NCBI GenBank assembly: GCA_041644975.1
Contig: JBAZQX010000002.1
Location: forward strand, 20,603-84,602
DNA length: 64,000 nucleotides
Direction of reading: 5' to 3'
DNA from: Candidatus Doudnabacteria bacterium
GTDB taxonomy: Bacteria > Patescibacteriota > JAQUNI01
A program made the translations under genes and the position numbers. A model generated the notes under the pieces. That model saw only the letters and a list, made by a program, of their open reading frames with translations. It was not told the DNA's origin and made no database searches. Below, one piece after another: positions 32,206 to 42,943 of this stretch (position 1 is its first letter; each line of letters begins with the position of its first letter).

Positions 32206-33425
32206 GGTGTTTGTTCATTAAATCCTAACTCTTTATCAATTCCTAAAATTTGTGAAATTATCGAAATTCCCCATAAAAACACACAGGTTCCATGAATATC
32301 GGGTTCATTTAAACCCCTGGTAATTTTTGCTCCGTAGTAATAAATATTTGCTTTATTCGGCAAAAAGGAAAAACCACCGATTGCTGGGAAATAATATCTT
32401 TTGTAAATTTCTAATCTATCTTCCGCGAATACTTTAATTTCATTAACCCGATAGCTATTTCCCGCAACTTTATTCGCGTAATGTAAAACATAAATAATAT
32501 TGAAATTATCACAGGCATGCTTATTATTTTTTGCCCCGTTAGAGAAAGCCACCGATTTTAACCCCGTTAGAAGTCCACACCAAAGGTGCGACAATCGCCT
32601 TTGGCGATTTACTTCTAACGGGGCTAGAGAATGAGGTTCTCTAACGGGGTTTGCCGACAAACATAAATCTATTAATTTTTCTGGATATTTGAAATTCATT
32701 TTTTCCGCGACTTTCAATCCGGTAATGATTTTCATCGCCCCATTGATTTTTTGTTGTAAGGAGGGGTGTCCCTGGTACCAAGCGCCATCTTGAGGGTTTT
32801 GCTGTTCGTTAATCCATTTGATCGCAGTATTAGTAAGTTCGTTTTTATTAGTAAGATCGCTGTTTTGAAGAAAAAACAAGAGATGAGAAAAGTGGCTCCC
32901 CGCATGCCAGGGTTTTTGCCAATTTAGCTTTGATAGATATTTTATGATTCCTTTCCTTCCTTTATCAGGATTTCCAACTTTGTTTTGAGGAACCTCCCCA
33001 TCCAAATTTTTGGTGTGGGGGTCTAAAAGTTTAAGGCTGGAAATTGCTTGCCGAGTTTCGGCGCGCATTAGCTCTTTACCAAAGATATTCTGGAGATTCT
33101 TATTTTTAAGGGTGAGCAGTAAATTTTTTTTCCAAGCCAATCTTCTGATGAGGGGATCACAAATAGCGCCATCCTTTTTTTGAAAACTTTTTATAAAGGA
33201 AGCCATCGTTTTCTTTTGTTCTTCTGATAGACTTTTTAGTAAGCCCAAAGTGGCATAGATTTTAATGGCAAACACTGTGTTGCCTAATCCCCATTTTATA
33301 TTTTCATTATATAAATCGCTGCTTAGAGAATAATGAAAAAAACCGGGTGTGATTTTACCCTTTAATTGTTCCAAGAAAAGAGGCACTCTTTTTTTTAAAT
33401 CAAAAATCCAATCGCAAGTTTTCAC
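32202..33425 (-). CDS. Hypothetical protein (possible alpha/alpha-toroid) with 40-aa in-frame MITE insertion
   Basis: QxxDG motifs; insert NPVREPH...FSNGA. Confidence 0.65.
   Translation of the reverse strand: MKTCDWIFDLKKRVPLFLEQLKGKITPGFFHYSLSSDLYNENIKWGLGNTVFAIKIYATLGLLKSLSEEQKKTMASFIKSFQKKDGAICDPLIRRLAWKKNLLLTLKNKNLQNIFGKELMRAETRQAISSLKLLDPHTKNLDGEVPQNKVGNPDKGRKGIIKYLSKLNWQKPWHAGSHFSHLLFFLQNSDLTNKNELTNTAIKWINEQQNPQDGAWYQGHPSLQQKINGAMKIITGLKVAEKMNFKYPEKLIDLCLSANPVREPHSLAPLEVNRQRRLSHLWCGLLTGLKSVAFSNGAKNNKHACDNFNIIYVLHYANKVAGNSYRVNEIKVFAEDRLEIYKRYYFPAIGGFSFLPNKANIYYYGAKITRGLNEPDIHGTCVFLWGISIISQILGIDKELGFNEQTP
32534..32649 (-). mobile_element. Nested CCCCGTTAGA element inside CDS
   Basis: Outer TIRs with TTTG flanks, inner copy 32562-32623; net +120 bp. 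Confidence 0.85.
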
Positions 33426-33440
33426 AAATTTGGTGATTTT

Positions 33441-34085
33441 TTAGCAGAGACTTTGCCCGCAAGGTCTCTTTTGGCAAAGAATGAGATAATGGTAAGGATT
33501 TTCCGGGACAGGATAGTTTTTCACAATTTTAAATCCAATCCGTTCCACATCCCTCAAAATTTTTTTTAATGGATATCCCTTTTTGCCGATTTCCCAATAA
33601 TGCTGACCGTTAAATGTATGAGGACGCGGGAAGAAGTTAAAAATTTTCACCCAAGACATTGGTTTTAGAAAAGGGAAAAGGTGAACATTAAAGTAAGGCT
33701 TAAAGGTGCCGCGTGATGTGTAGGGCAGGCTTATAAGGAGATATTCTTTTGTCAGGGAATAGAGGTTTTCGAGGGCGAGAGCGAAGCTAGAATAGGGCAG
33801 ATGTTCCAGCACTTGGCAGCATAAAACTAAATCAAACATTTCTGGGGGTAATCCTTTGGATTGAATGATGTCTATCAGAAAATCGGGTCGTGTCTTAGAG
33901 TTTGAGTCTAAGGTTTTTACTTCATAACCTATTTTAAAAAGGGTGTCGGCAACGATTTTGTTCCCCGATCCAACTTCTAAAACGGAGTGAACGTTTTTTA
34001 AGGACGCCGCCTCCTTGATTTGATACCAATAAGAAATCCACCTTTTTTTCTGCAAGTAATTGAGCGTCAAATAAGGCATAGTCAT
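33441..34085 (-). CDS. SAM-dependent methyltransferase
   Basis: VLEVGSG, CQVLEHLP, HYWEIG. Confidence 0.85.
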   Translation of the reverse strand: MTMPYLTLNYLQKKRWISYWYQIKEAASLKNVHSVLEVGSGNKIVADTLFKIGYEVKTLDSNSKTRPDFLIDIIQSKGLPPEMFDLVLCCQVLEHLPYSSFALALENLYSLTKEYLLISLPYTSRGTFKPYFNVHLFPFLKPMSWVKIFNFFPRPHTFNGQHYWEIGKKGYPLKKILRDVERIGFKIVKNYPVPENPYHYLILCQKRPCGQSLC

Positions 34086-34087
34086 TG

Positions 34088-35170
34088 TTATTGGAGTAGT
34101 TTTTCCTTGAGGTATAATGTTTTTTGAAGAATTTGGTAAGTGGTAGAATAAGAAGGTAATTTATGTCCGACTAATCTTTTCCCAGAGAGGATTTTTTGTT
34201 TATGCTTTATTAAAGCGGTAAAAAGATGAAGATAACCTTGCGCCATTTTGTTTGCTGTATGGGGATATTGGAGCATTTTCTGTGCCCAAAGATGATAGTT
34301 TTCTCGCATTTCTCCAAGCTTCTGGGGGAAATCTTGGATGCCGCAAAAAGGGATCCCGAACCCTTGGCAGTATTCAGGGAGCGCTCCTTCCTGTCGGTAT
34401 AAGAGAGGAAGGCCACACAAGCCCCCCTCAATGTGATGCATACCCGCAGGTTCGTTCCTAGAAGCAGTGAGGTAGACGTGGTTTTTTTTAATTTCATTGG
34501 CTAACATCTGACCGCTTTGAGGGGGAATGACTTTGGTTTTTTTGAATTCAATCCCTCGCGGCAGGTTGCCGATGAATGTGAACTGAATTTGGTTTTGCCT
34601 GTTTTTATTTAGTTGCGCGTCTAAAGCAAGATAAATATCAAAACCTTTATTCCAATGCGCGCCCCAGTGATGAGTAACGAGGCGCAAAGGTCCTTTGCGC
34701 TCCCATCTTTGATAGCCTATGGGGTTGAAGATTTTCTCATCTGCTCCATTTAAAATCACGGTTGATTTGTGTTTTAAATTATGGTCTTGCCGGAGAAATA
34801 AGTTTTGCAGCCACGCCGAGATAAAAATCACGTGATCAGCCCATTTTACATGTTGGAGGATGAATCTGTTTAAGAGTTTAATTTTTTGCCCTTTTCTTTC
34901 GTCACATTCATTCACTCGGAGAACAATTAAGGTATTGGGTTTTTTACGAAGATATTGCGTCACAGCCCTGGCATCAAAGGCGCACACCTTGAGCCATTGC
35001 CGAGTTTCCGTCAGGAGAATGAGGTCAATATCAGGGTCTTTTAAATTATGCACTACAGCGGTCTTTTTGTTTTTTAAGAAATTTATTAGGGCTTGACCAA
35101 ACATATTGCCTCCGCCGAAAGGCCCTTTTTGGAGGTTCATTCCGATCGCAATTTTAAATTTTTCATTCAT
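34088..35170 (-). CDS. GT4-like glycosyltransferase
   Basis: GGG N-term loop, NKG, EPAGMHHIEG..CGLP. Confidence 0.75.
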   Translation of the reverse strand: MNEKFKIAIGMNLQKGPFGGGNMFGQALINFLKNKKTAVVHNLKDPDIDLILLTETRQWLKVCAFDARAVTQYLRKKPNTLIVLRVNECDERKGQKIKLLNRFILQHVKWADHVIFISAWLQNLFLRQDHNLKHKSTVILNGADEKIFNPIGYQRWERKGPLRLVTHHWGAHWNKGFDIYLALDAQLNKNRQNQIQFTFIGNLPRGIEFKKTKVIPPQSGQMLANEIKKNHVYLTASRNEPAGMHHIEGGLCGLPLLYRQEGALPEYCQGFGIPFCGIQDFPQKLGEMRENYHLWAQKMLQYPHTANKMAQGYLHLFTALIKHKQKILSGKRLVGHKLPSYSTTYQILQKTLYLKEKLLQ

Positions 35171-36231
35171 AGCAATTGAGCATAAATCTCTTGATAATAT
35201 CTGCGGATAATTTTAGACCAGCCGTATTGTTGCACCTTTTTGAGCGCATTCTGAATGATTTTTTCTCGCAGGAATTGATCTTGAACCATCTTTTCGCTGG
35301 CGGCGACAATACTTTTGATGTCCGTCGGCTCAGCTAAGAGGATGTCTTCAGTATTTTTCGCAAGATCAGGCACCATCCCTACCGCAGTGCTGACGATAGG
35401 CACGCCGCTTGCCCAAGCTTCAAGAAGAGCACTCGGCCCGCCTTCAATCCGTGAAGTAATAAGATATAAATCAAGGGCATTATACATCTTCCCGATGTCC
35501 GAGTAGTTTTTGAGATAAAAGTGTTTATAAGGAATACCCGCCCTTGTCAAGCCTTGCTTAACATAACCGCGGCTGGGACCAGTTAAAAAAATAAAGGGCT
35601 TGTATTTTTTGAGCGCCGTCACCGTTTGTAAAAAAATATCTGGCCCTTTAATGAGCTTAGGTTGCAAGCCTTGGCCCCAACCAATGCCGTCTTTTTGAAA
35701 AGAGCCAATAATGAGTCGCTTTTGAGGCAGACCCAGAGCCCCTCTTATTTTTAGTTTTTGATGGACGGACACGGGTCGGAAGAGATTCAAATCCACGCCG
35801 AGGGGAATAGTAATTATCTTTTTTGATGGCAAACCAAATCGCAAGAGCCTCTCTTTAGTAGATTGGCAAGAGGTATGGAAAAGATCCACATACTTCGCGG
35901 CCTTTTTAATCCATTTTATTCCGGGATCAAGAGGCATAAGATGAAAGCAGCTCAACACGATTTTATTGGAAGAGTGCAACTTTAGAAATCCTTTTTGGGT
36001 GCAGAAGGTATGGAGAGAGCCAAAGTGGATGATTTGTTTTTTTAATCCCCAAGGAGTGGTGGTGGTGTGAGCCTGCAATAGCCTAAGACTTCTCATATTT
36101 TCCGTGATGTCTTTACCCATTCTGTTAATGATCCAGTCGGCATTTTCCACAATATAAAATAGCTGGCTAGATTCTTTGGCGCCAAGATTAAGGAGGAGGT
36201 CTTTTAAAATTTTGATTGGACGGCTGCCCAT
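35167..36231 (-). CDS. GT4 glycosyltransferase
   Basis: IPLGVD, EGGPSALLEAWASGVP. Confidence 0.88.
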   Translation of the reverse strand: MGSRPIKILKDLLLNLGAKESSQLFYIVENADWIINRMGKDITENMRSLRLLQAHTTTTPWGLKKQIIHFGSLHTFCTQKGFLKLHSSNKIVLSCFHLMPLDPGIKWIKKAAKYVDLFHTSCQSTKERLLRFGLPSKKIITIPLGVDLNLFRPVSVHQKLKIRGALGLPQKRLIIGSFQKDGIGWGQGLQPKLIKGPDIFLQTVTALKKYKPFIFLTGPSRGYVKQGLTRAGIPYKHFYLKNYSDIGKMYNALDLYLITSRIEGGPSALLEAWASGVPIVSTAVGMVPDLAKNTEDILLAEPTDIKSIVAASEKMVQDQFLREKIIQNALKKVQQYGWSKIIRRYYQEIYAQLL

Positions 36232-36878
36232 ATTTCACCAAATTGAATGGAATAATTTTCTATTATTAAACCGGCTTTTTGTAATTCATCTTTAAAAGAT
36301 TTTAGGGTATATTCAATAAAATGAGTTTTATCGAGTCTCCATTCTACGCCCAATTCTTTTTTATATAAAGTTATCCAATCCCTGTTTATCATTGGCGCTC
36401 TAATTAAAATTTTTGGAGCCAGAATTTTAATTTTTCTTAAAAAATCTGTCCGCTTTTCAATATGCTCCAAAACATTGGATAAAACAATGATGTCAAATTT
36501 CAAGCTATTTTCAATATGAGTGATATTTCCTTCCCTATATTCTATATTCGGCGCATTATAGTTTTTCTTTGCCCAAGTAATATTTTTTTTATTAAAATCA
36601 ATCGCCAAAATGTACTTCGCCTTTTCGGCGAGGTCGCGCGTTAAGGTTCCGTTACCGCACCCAAGATCCAAAACCCGACTTCCTTCTAAAATATGATTCA
36701 GAAAAAATTGGTGATAGCGCATAATCCTGTGCTTGGGATGTTCGCAGTGATTGAATTTCACGGCCGTTTCAGAGATTAAACGGTAAATAAAATTATCAGT
36801 GAGGAGTAACATCTTGAGGATAAATTTTGGCAAGATTTTTTCTCCCATATGTTCTAGAAAGTTTTCTGAAAGATGCAA
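36204..36878 (-). CDS. SAM-dependent methyltransferase
   Basis: VLDLGCGNG, SNVLEHI. Confidence 0.87.
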   Translation of the reverse strand: MHLSENFLEHMGEKILPKFILKMLLLTDNFIYRLISETAVKFNHCEHPKHRIMRYHQFFLNHILEGSRVLDLGCGNGTLTRDLAEKAKYILAIDFNKKNITWAKKNYNAPNIEYREGNITHIENSLKFDIIVLSNVLEHIEKRTDFLRKIKILAPKILIRAPMINRDWITLYKKELGVEWRLDKTHFIEYTLKSFKDELQKAGLIIENYSIQFGEIWAAVQSKF

Positions 36879-37654
36879 AGGAGAGAATGGGCGGCAATTC
36901 TGGAGAAGAGAAGGGAGAGCAGGAAGTTCGCCCCCTTCATTGCGGAATTTTGAGAGTCATACAGTTTTTGAAGAACAGGTTTTATAATGCCGCATTCATC
37001 TTTAAGTCCCTTGGTGCCGTCTAGGTAATGTTGAGCGATTAAGGTCAATCCTCTTTTTTCTATATCTTTTTTCACTTGATCCGCGTCCAGCGCAAATTGA
37101 TAAAAATCTTTTTGTAAATCTGGATTTTCCTTCCATAAAGGGTAAAAGTTTAATCTAGCTTTAATTTTTCGGAGAGGAGACATATAAGGAAAGCTCAAAA
37201 AAAGAAAGCCATCTTTTCTGAGAACGCGCGCCATCTCGTCAATAATTCTTTCATAACCCGCGTAGAAGTGCTCAATGACGCCAATTGACCAGTAACCATC
37301 AAAATAGCCATTTGGGATTTCAAGATGTCTAAGATCCCCCACTTGAATATTTAATTGAGGAAAATGTTTTTTTACCCGCTTTATGGTTTGGGACGCGTAA
37401 TCTATCCCTTGGGCGTTAAACCCTTTCTTCAAGAGCTTGTATACATTTTGACCTCTCCCGCAGCCGCCTTCTAAGATTCTACTTCCGCGGGGGAGGAATT
37501 TTTTGGTATATTTTACGACCAGATCAAAAGAGGAGTTTTGAGCGTATAATTTCTGAATGTTATATCTCCTCCAATGTTGATCCCAAAAGAGGGGATCAGC
37601 TCGGGTATCAATAAAAATTAACTGACGCAAAGTTGGATCAAAATATTGGTTCAC
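36854..37654 (-). CDS. SAM-dependent methyltransferase
   Basis: ILEGGCGRG, GVIEHF, RVLRKDG. Confidence 0.87.
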   Translation of the reverse strand: MNQYFDPTLRQLIFIDTRADPLFWDQHWRRYNIQKLYAQNSSFDLVVKYTKKFLPRGSRILEGGCGRGQNVYKLLKKGFNAQGIDYASQTIKRVKKHFPQLNIQVGDLRHLEIPNGYFDGYWSIGVIEHFYAGYERIIDEMARVLRKDGFLFLSFPYMSPLRKIKARLNFYPLWKENPDLQKDFYQFALDADQVKKDIEKRGLTLIAQHYLDGTKGLKDECGIIKPVLQKLYDSQNSAMKGANFLLSLLFSRIAAHSLLCIFQKTF

Positions 37655-38782
37655 TTATTTGAATAAAAGTTCATAGATCTTAATTTCCTGCTTGGCAATA
37701 TTTTTAAGATTAAATCTTTTTTTTACTGTTTGTCTGGCTTGGTTGCCCAATCTATTTCGCAGATGGTCATCTTGGACTAGATTCTGAATCCCTTCGCGCA
37801 TACTTTTTACGTTTGGGTTCACTAAATATCCGTTAACATTATGTTGGATTACTTCTTTTATCCCTTCAATGTTGGTGCCCAAGCAAGCCAAGCCGCAAGC
37901 CATTGCTTCAATCAGAGTTTTAGGTAAGCCTTCGTACAGGGAGGGAAGCACATATATTTTGTAGCGATTAAGGATGGCAGGCAAATTTTGATGGGGGATG
38001 ATGCCTAAAAATTGGATTGAGACATTCAAGCTTCGCGCAAATTTTTCCAGTTTGTCTTTTAATTTACCCTGGCCGATGATGTCTAATTTAAGGTTGGTGC
38101 ATTGAAGAGCCCTCACTAGATTAAACAGATTTTTTTGGGGGTGGAGGCGACCCACATAAACGATGGACTTCGCGAGTTTAGGAACGTAAAGCTGGGGTTT
38201 AAAAAGATCAGTGTCCACATAGTTAGCGAGCACAATTAATTTAGTTGAAGATAAGTGATACTGCTTTTGTAAGTAGGCTTTATCCGCGGCGGAGGAGACT
38301 AAAGCTGAATCGCAAACGCGGTAAAGCCAGGCTTCAAGGATGACAGTAAAAAGGCGCAGGATTTTGTTCTCTTCCTTGGCAAAAAGCGACCAAGTGAAGC
38401 CAGTGCGGAAAATAAATTTTCCCCTGCGATTACACGTTAATTTAGAGAGATAAGCGCTCCAGGCGCCATTAGCCTGATTGGATTTAAAAAAAGAACAGCT
38501 TTTCAGAATATGACGGTGGCACAAAGGAATAAGAAGAGAATAGAGAAAGTCTGGTAGTCTGCTGTTTTTGAAAATGATTTCAATATTGGAAGCAAGATAC
38601 TTTTGAAAGGCTAGCTCTTGTTTGTTGCCATAAGTGAAAAAATATATTTTTTGGAATTGAGAAGCCAAGAGATTGTAAAGAGCAATCTCTCGTTTTAAGA
38701 GACCTGTTTCTGACCATTTTTTTAAAGAAAGGCCGCAGGTAAGAAAGAAAGCCAGATTTTTATTCCGTGTCTTGGGTGGCAT
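37655..38782 (-). CDS. GT4 glycosyltransferase
   Basis: VGRLHPQKN, EGLPKTLIEAMACG. Confidence 0.92.
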   Translation of the reverse strand: MPPKTRNKNLAFFLTCGLSLKKWSETGLLKREIALYNLLASQFQKIYFFTYGNKQELAFQKYLASNIEIIFKNSRLPDFLYSLLIPLCHRHILKSCSFFKSNQANGAWSAYLSKLTCNRRGKFIFRTGFTWSLFAKEENKILRLFTVILEAWLYRVCDSALVSSAADKAYLQKQYHLSSTKLIVLANYVDTDLFKPQLYVPKLAKSIVYVGRLHPQKNLFNLVRALQCTNLKLDIIGQGKLKDKLEKFARSLNVSIQFLGIIPHQNLPAILNRYKIYVLPSLYEGLPKTLIEAMACGLACLGTNIEGIKEVIQHNVNGYLVNPNVKSMREGIQNLVQDDHLRNRLGNQARQTVKKRFNLKNIAKQEIKIYELLFK

Positions 38783-38836
38783 AGGAGTAATTTATCCCCA
38801 CACCATCCGCCTTAGGCGGATTGGCGGGGGGATGTA

Positions 38837-39658
38837 CTAAGTCCGCCGCTTCAAAAGGTGGGTTAAAAAAATTCTTGTCTGGAAAGACAGGAAGGGCGCT
38901 CTCACTTTTGTCTTTTCTAGGATGGTTTGGGGGTTGAAAAGGTTGCATTGATCCTGTCCCCATTTTAACCTTTGATTATAGAACTCTCTGGCTTTTTGAG
39001 CAAACCTTTTTTGGATTTTGAGATTTTTAAAACTTAAAGAGCCGCGGTAATAACGATATTTAATTAAGCATTGTGGCAGATTGGTAATTTTTTTTCCGGC
39101 CGTTAAAAGGGTTAAGTAAAGGTCATAGTCTTGGGCGTAATAAAATTTTTCGCGATATACGCTCTGTTTGTTGCGGAACATAATTGAGGGATGAAGGACG
39201 CAGTTACGGCGGGTCAAAGTCTGCGCTGTCTTTTGGGGATTATTCTTTTTTAAATAATGGCCGATTTTTTTACCTTGACCATCAATGAGTACAGCGGAAC
39301 TGCCGATTAAAGATATTTCAGGGCGGTTTTCCAAGTAAGAATATTGAATTTGCAAACGTTCAGGAAAGGAGAGATCATCCGCGTCCTGCCGGGCGATGTA
39401 TTTGCCGCGGGCGACCTTCAGTCCCTCGTTTAAAGAACGGGTTAAGCCAAGATTGTGATCGTTCTTGATGATCTTTATTCTTGGATCCTGACCCGCGAAC
39501 TTTTTTACTATTGACGAAGAATCATCTTCTGAAGCATCGTCAATGATAATAAATTCAAAGTTCGCGAAGCTTTGGTTTAAAATAGAAGAGATGCTGCCGG
39601 CTAGGTATTGGGCGCCATTGAAAACAGACATGATAATCGAGATTTTTGGATGCTTCAT
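38837..39658 (-). CDS. GT2 glycosyltransferase
   Basis: ISIIMSVFN, IDDASED, RQDADD, QDYDL; start at ATG 39658. Confidence 0.92.
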   Translation of the reverse strand: MKHPKISIIMSVFNGAQYLAGSISSILNQSFANFEFIIIDDASEDDSSSIVKKFAGQDPRIKIIKNDHNLGLTRSLNEGLKVARGKYIARQDADDLSFPERLQIQYSYLENRPEISLIGSSAVLIDGQGKKIGHYLKKNNPQKTAQTLTRRNCVLHPSIMFRNKQSVYREKFYYAQDYDLYLTLLTAGKKITNLPQCLIKYRYYRGSLSFKNLKIQKRFAQKAREFYNQRLKWGQDQCNLFNPQTILEKTKVRAPFLSFQTRIFLTHLLKRRT

Positions 39659-39784
39659 AATAAAAAATGTAAGAGGTCGCGCTTGCCTGCCGGCAGGCAA
39701 GCGAAAGCGCGACACGGTATTAAGATTGTCAGACTTTCGTCCTTACAGGACCTTCGGTCTGACCTCCAATTAGTTTTGGAATTA

Positions 39785-41542
39785 TTATTCTTCTTTCATT
39801 TCAAACAATCTCACCCATTTTTCCGTTGCCCGATCTTTTTCTTCGTGGATGAGTTTTACTTTTTTTAATTCCCGTGGATGATAAACCATTTGCGCTAGAA
39901 AGGAGTTAGTCAATTCCTCTGTGCCCAGGGACTGTTCAAGCGCCCCGCGGAAACTATAAGCGATTTTGTCTTGAGGCATTTTATAAATAGCAAAATCCTC
40001 GGAATTAATGAGGAAATATTTGATTCCCTGCTCTTTCGCGTAGGCTACAGCCTCTTCTTCCTTTTGCCAGTAGATTTTGTTTTGGTCAAAGTCAGTTTTT
40101 GCCAGGCGATTTACGGGCGTGAGATTGGTCAAAAAATCATAGTAAGGGGCTTCGCCCCAGTTTAAAAAGATTTTTTCTTGCGGCGGCGTATTCGCCTTCA
40201 TCCATCGCGCCATTGTGTATTCGCCTTCGGTAAGCGCGGGCTTGATCCAATATTTATAGAGAAAGAGAGAGAAAAAAGAAGGGGCGAGGAGGAGAATTAA
40301 GAGGGCGGTGAGGTAGATTTTTTTGTTCACGATCTCCCTGTATTTCTGAAAGTATTTTTTAAAAGCCCAAAGCAGAATTAAAGGCAAAAGAATAAAGATG
40401 ACTTTATCCGGTGTTTTGAGCATTGCCGAGCCGGGATTAAAAAGAAAGATGATGATTAAAGCTGAAGCTACAACATAATCAAGAAGATGGAATTTTTGGC
40501 GATACCAGAAGGCGTAGCTAGCTAAAATGGCGGTGGCAATATTGAGCAGGCGGGAGCCGCGGTCCATCGTGGTCGCAAGGAAGTAGCTGAAAATGAAGAA
40601 GGTCGGGGCAATCACCCTCCTTTTCTGATAGGCGGCATAAAAACCAAAAGGCAGAAAGAAACATAAAACATACAAATCTAAGAATTTTTTGTCTATGTCC
40701 GTCGGTACAAGGTCTTTGGAGTTTTGACCGAGGATAAAAAGAAGGTCAATGCCCTGCAGTTTGAGCAGTAAATGGTGAAGAAACTGAAGAATTTGATCAT
40801 AGAAGACATAACGGCTTAAGACCAAGGTCAGGAAAACAAAAAGATAGAGCAAAAGAACAGCGCCCTTTTTTACCTTTTTGTGTTGGCGGTAGAGGATTTG
40901 GAAAATGGAATAAATTAAGAGAAAGGGCAGGGTGAGTAAAAAGACAGGATTAATATTGAATCCAAGGTAAGCTAAAAGCGAAGAAGCAACTAAATAGGGC
41001 CAATTTTTTTTCAGGCCAGTTTGCCATTCTTCGTAGGTATTAAATCTTTTCCAGAAAGCGACGACGCAGGTCAGGAATCCCAACATAATGGGAAACTGAA
41101 TAAGATCATGGGTAAAAGAAACAACTGATAGAGCTTGCGTTGAAGAGATACCCGTATAGAAGAAAGCGGCGGCGAGCGGAATAAAATAATCATCTTCTTT
41201 GGATTCCTCTTTGGTGTTGGGGAGGATGAGATTTTTCACTAAATAAAAGATCATCACTGCGGTAAGGCTGGAAAGGATAGCGGCGAAAATGCTGACTGCA
41301 TGAAGCAGAGAATCAAAAGGAAAAATTTTGCCGATGAGTCTTAATAGATAAAGCGTGATATCTTTGTTCTTGAAAGTTAAGGCTTGGGTCGCTTTTTGGC
41401 AGTAAATCCAGATTTCGGTGAGATGGGAGGCGTGCCAGCCGTATTTTTCCCAAAAAGCAATGTCCAAAATGACCCTTTGGAATAATCCGTAAACAAAGAT
41501 GATGACGGCCAGCAGCTTGGAATTTTTTAAAAAGTTTTGCAT
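39785..41542 (-). CDS. Multi-pass GT-C membrane protein, STT3/AglB-like
   Basis: >10 TMs, THD, C-terminal WMKANTP..IFLNWGEAPYY. Confidence 0.55.
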   Translation of the reverse strand: MQNFLKNSKLLAVIIFVYGLFQRVILDIAFWEKYGWHASHLTEIWIYCQKATQALTFKNKDITLYLLRLIGKIFPFDSLLHAVSIFAAILSSLTAVMIFYLVKNLILPNTKEESKEDDYFIPLAAAFFYTGISSTQALSVVSFTHDLIQFPIMLGFLTCVVAFWKRFNTYEEWQTGLKKNWPYLVASSLLAYLGFNINPVFLLTLPFLLIYSIFQILYRQHKKVKKGAVLLLYLFVFLTLVLSRYVFYDQILQFLHHLLLKLQGIDLLFILGQNSKDLVPTDIDKKFLDLYVLCFFLPFGFYAAYQKRRVIAPTFFIFSYFLATTMDRGSRLLNIATAILASYAFWYRQKFHLLDYVVASALIIIFLFNPGSAMLKTPDKVIFILLPLILLWAFKKYFQKYREIVNKKIYLTALLILLLAPSFFSLFLYKYWIKPALTEGEYTMARWMKANTPPQEKIFLNWGEAPYYDFLTNLTPVNRLAKTDFDQNKIYWQKEEEAVAYAKEQGIKYFLINSEDFAIYKMPQDKIAYSFRGALEQSLGTEELTNSFLAQMVYHPRELKKVKLIHEEKDRATEKWVRLFEMKEE

Positions 41543-41623
41543 AAAGCAACAGTGTCATTATAAGGAAGACGCCTTTCTTATTTAGTAGAGGAGTAGCAGG
41601 GTCATTTCTTTTTGCGATGATGA

Positions 41624-42670
41624 TTATTTTTTACGCCTTAACGTTTGCCAATATTTGAGAACCCCTACCCCTAATCCTAGAAGAGCGACATTGTTGCGCA
41701 AAACACTGACCGCGGGATAAAGCAGCATCACCCGATCCTTTTTGCGCCACAGGGTCCAAATCATAGGAGGCAGGGTGGAGAGGAAGTAAAGCACGGCGAA
41801 TAAAAAACAACCGAAAAAGAGCAGCGGGTCATTAAAGATGACCGCGAAGAGTAGAATGACAGGGGTTAAAAAAACCAGAACAACTTGAAGTTTAATGATA
41901 TGATCATAAGGATAAGGGGTAACACCTTTTAGATATGGCCGAAAACGGGCATAGGCATAGGAACGTTTTAAAAAGGCCAAGAGTGTGGGTTTGTAGTGAT
42001 GCCAGGCCTTCGCACAGGGGTTATAAACCAGCCGGCCGCCAGAGCGGATCACCCTTGAATTGAATTCTACATCAAAAGAGGAGTTTTTTAAATCAGCACG
42101 GAATTGACCAATTTTTTGGAAGATGGACGCGCGGTAAAGAACATTTGCCGAGGTGAGATGGACTGGACAGCGCGGTTGATGCGCCAGCTTGTATTCTATT
42201 TCCCAGCCTGCCAAGCGCGCGATCCACTTGTCTTTTCGGAATGGTTTTAAGCTACCTCCCACTCCCATTATAGCAGGTCTTTGAAATACGGGGAGATTTT
42301 TCTGAAGCCACTTCCTCTCAATTTTCACGTCCGCTTCCACGAAGGCGATAAAGTCGTAACCTTGCGCTTCTTTGAGCCCAAGGTTTAAAGCCGCTGCCTG
42401 GCTTTGATGTTTCTGCTGTAAGACTTGGATTTCCGGATGTCGACGCGCTAACTCTTGCGCTTTCAGGACAGATTGATCACAAGAGCCGTCATCAATGACT
42501 AAAATCTTTTTCTGCCAAGCACCTTTTTGGCTGATGATTGCTCGAAGGGATTTTTGGATAAACTGTTCATTATTAAATAAACTCACGATAAAGAGAATTT
42601 TTGGGTCGGGAACATTTTTTAGTTGAAGCGGGGTAATGTTGTTTTTTCGGTTAGGGATTGAGGGAAACAT
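41624..42670 (-). CDS. GT2 glycosyltransferase with C-terminal TMs
   Basis: IDDGSCD, AALNLG, FVEAD. Confidence 0.85.
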   Translation of the reverse strand: MFPSIPNRKNNITPLQLKNVPDPKILFIVSLFNNEQFIQKSLRAIISQKGAWQKKILVIDDGSCDQSVLKAQELARRHPEIQVLQQKHQSQAAALNLGLKEAQGYDFIAFVEADVKIERKWLQKNLPVFQRPAIMGVGGSLKPFRKDKWIARLAGWEIEYKLAHQPRCPVHLTSANVLYRASIFQKIGQFRADLKNSSFDVEFNSRVIRSGGRLVYNPCAKAWHHYKPTLLAFLKRSYAYARFRPYLKGVTPYPYDHIIKLQVVLVFLTPVILLFAVIFNDPLLFFGCFLFAVLYFLSTLPPMIWTLWRKKDRVMLLYPAVSVLRNNVALLGLGVGVLKYWQTLRRKK

Positions 42671-42943
42671 AGGATTTTTTTGGGGATAACTTGCTTTTGG
42701 CAAATCGCGAGCTCTCGATGTTTAATGGTAATGCCATCACTCCTTGAAACTGCCTTTTATTATAACAAGATCATCTGGTTGTTGCTAGATTTTTACCCTG
42801 TGTTATAATACTAAAAGGAAAACAAAATCAAAGAAAAAGTTTTAAAAAATCTATCATTTCACAGACTGGGGAAAATCATAAAGAGTTTTTATGATTTATC
42901 ACCCTACACCTATGTTATAGGTGTAGGGGCAAATTTCCAATTT

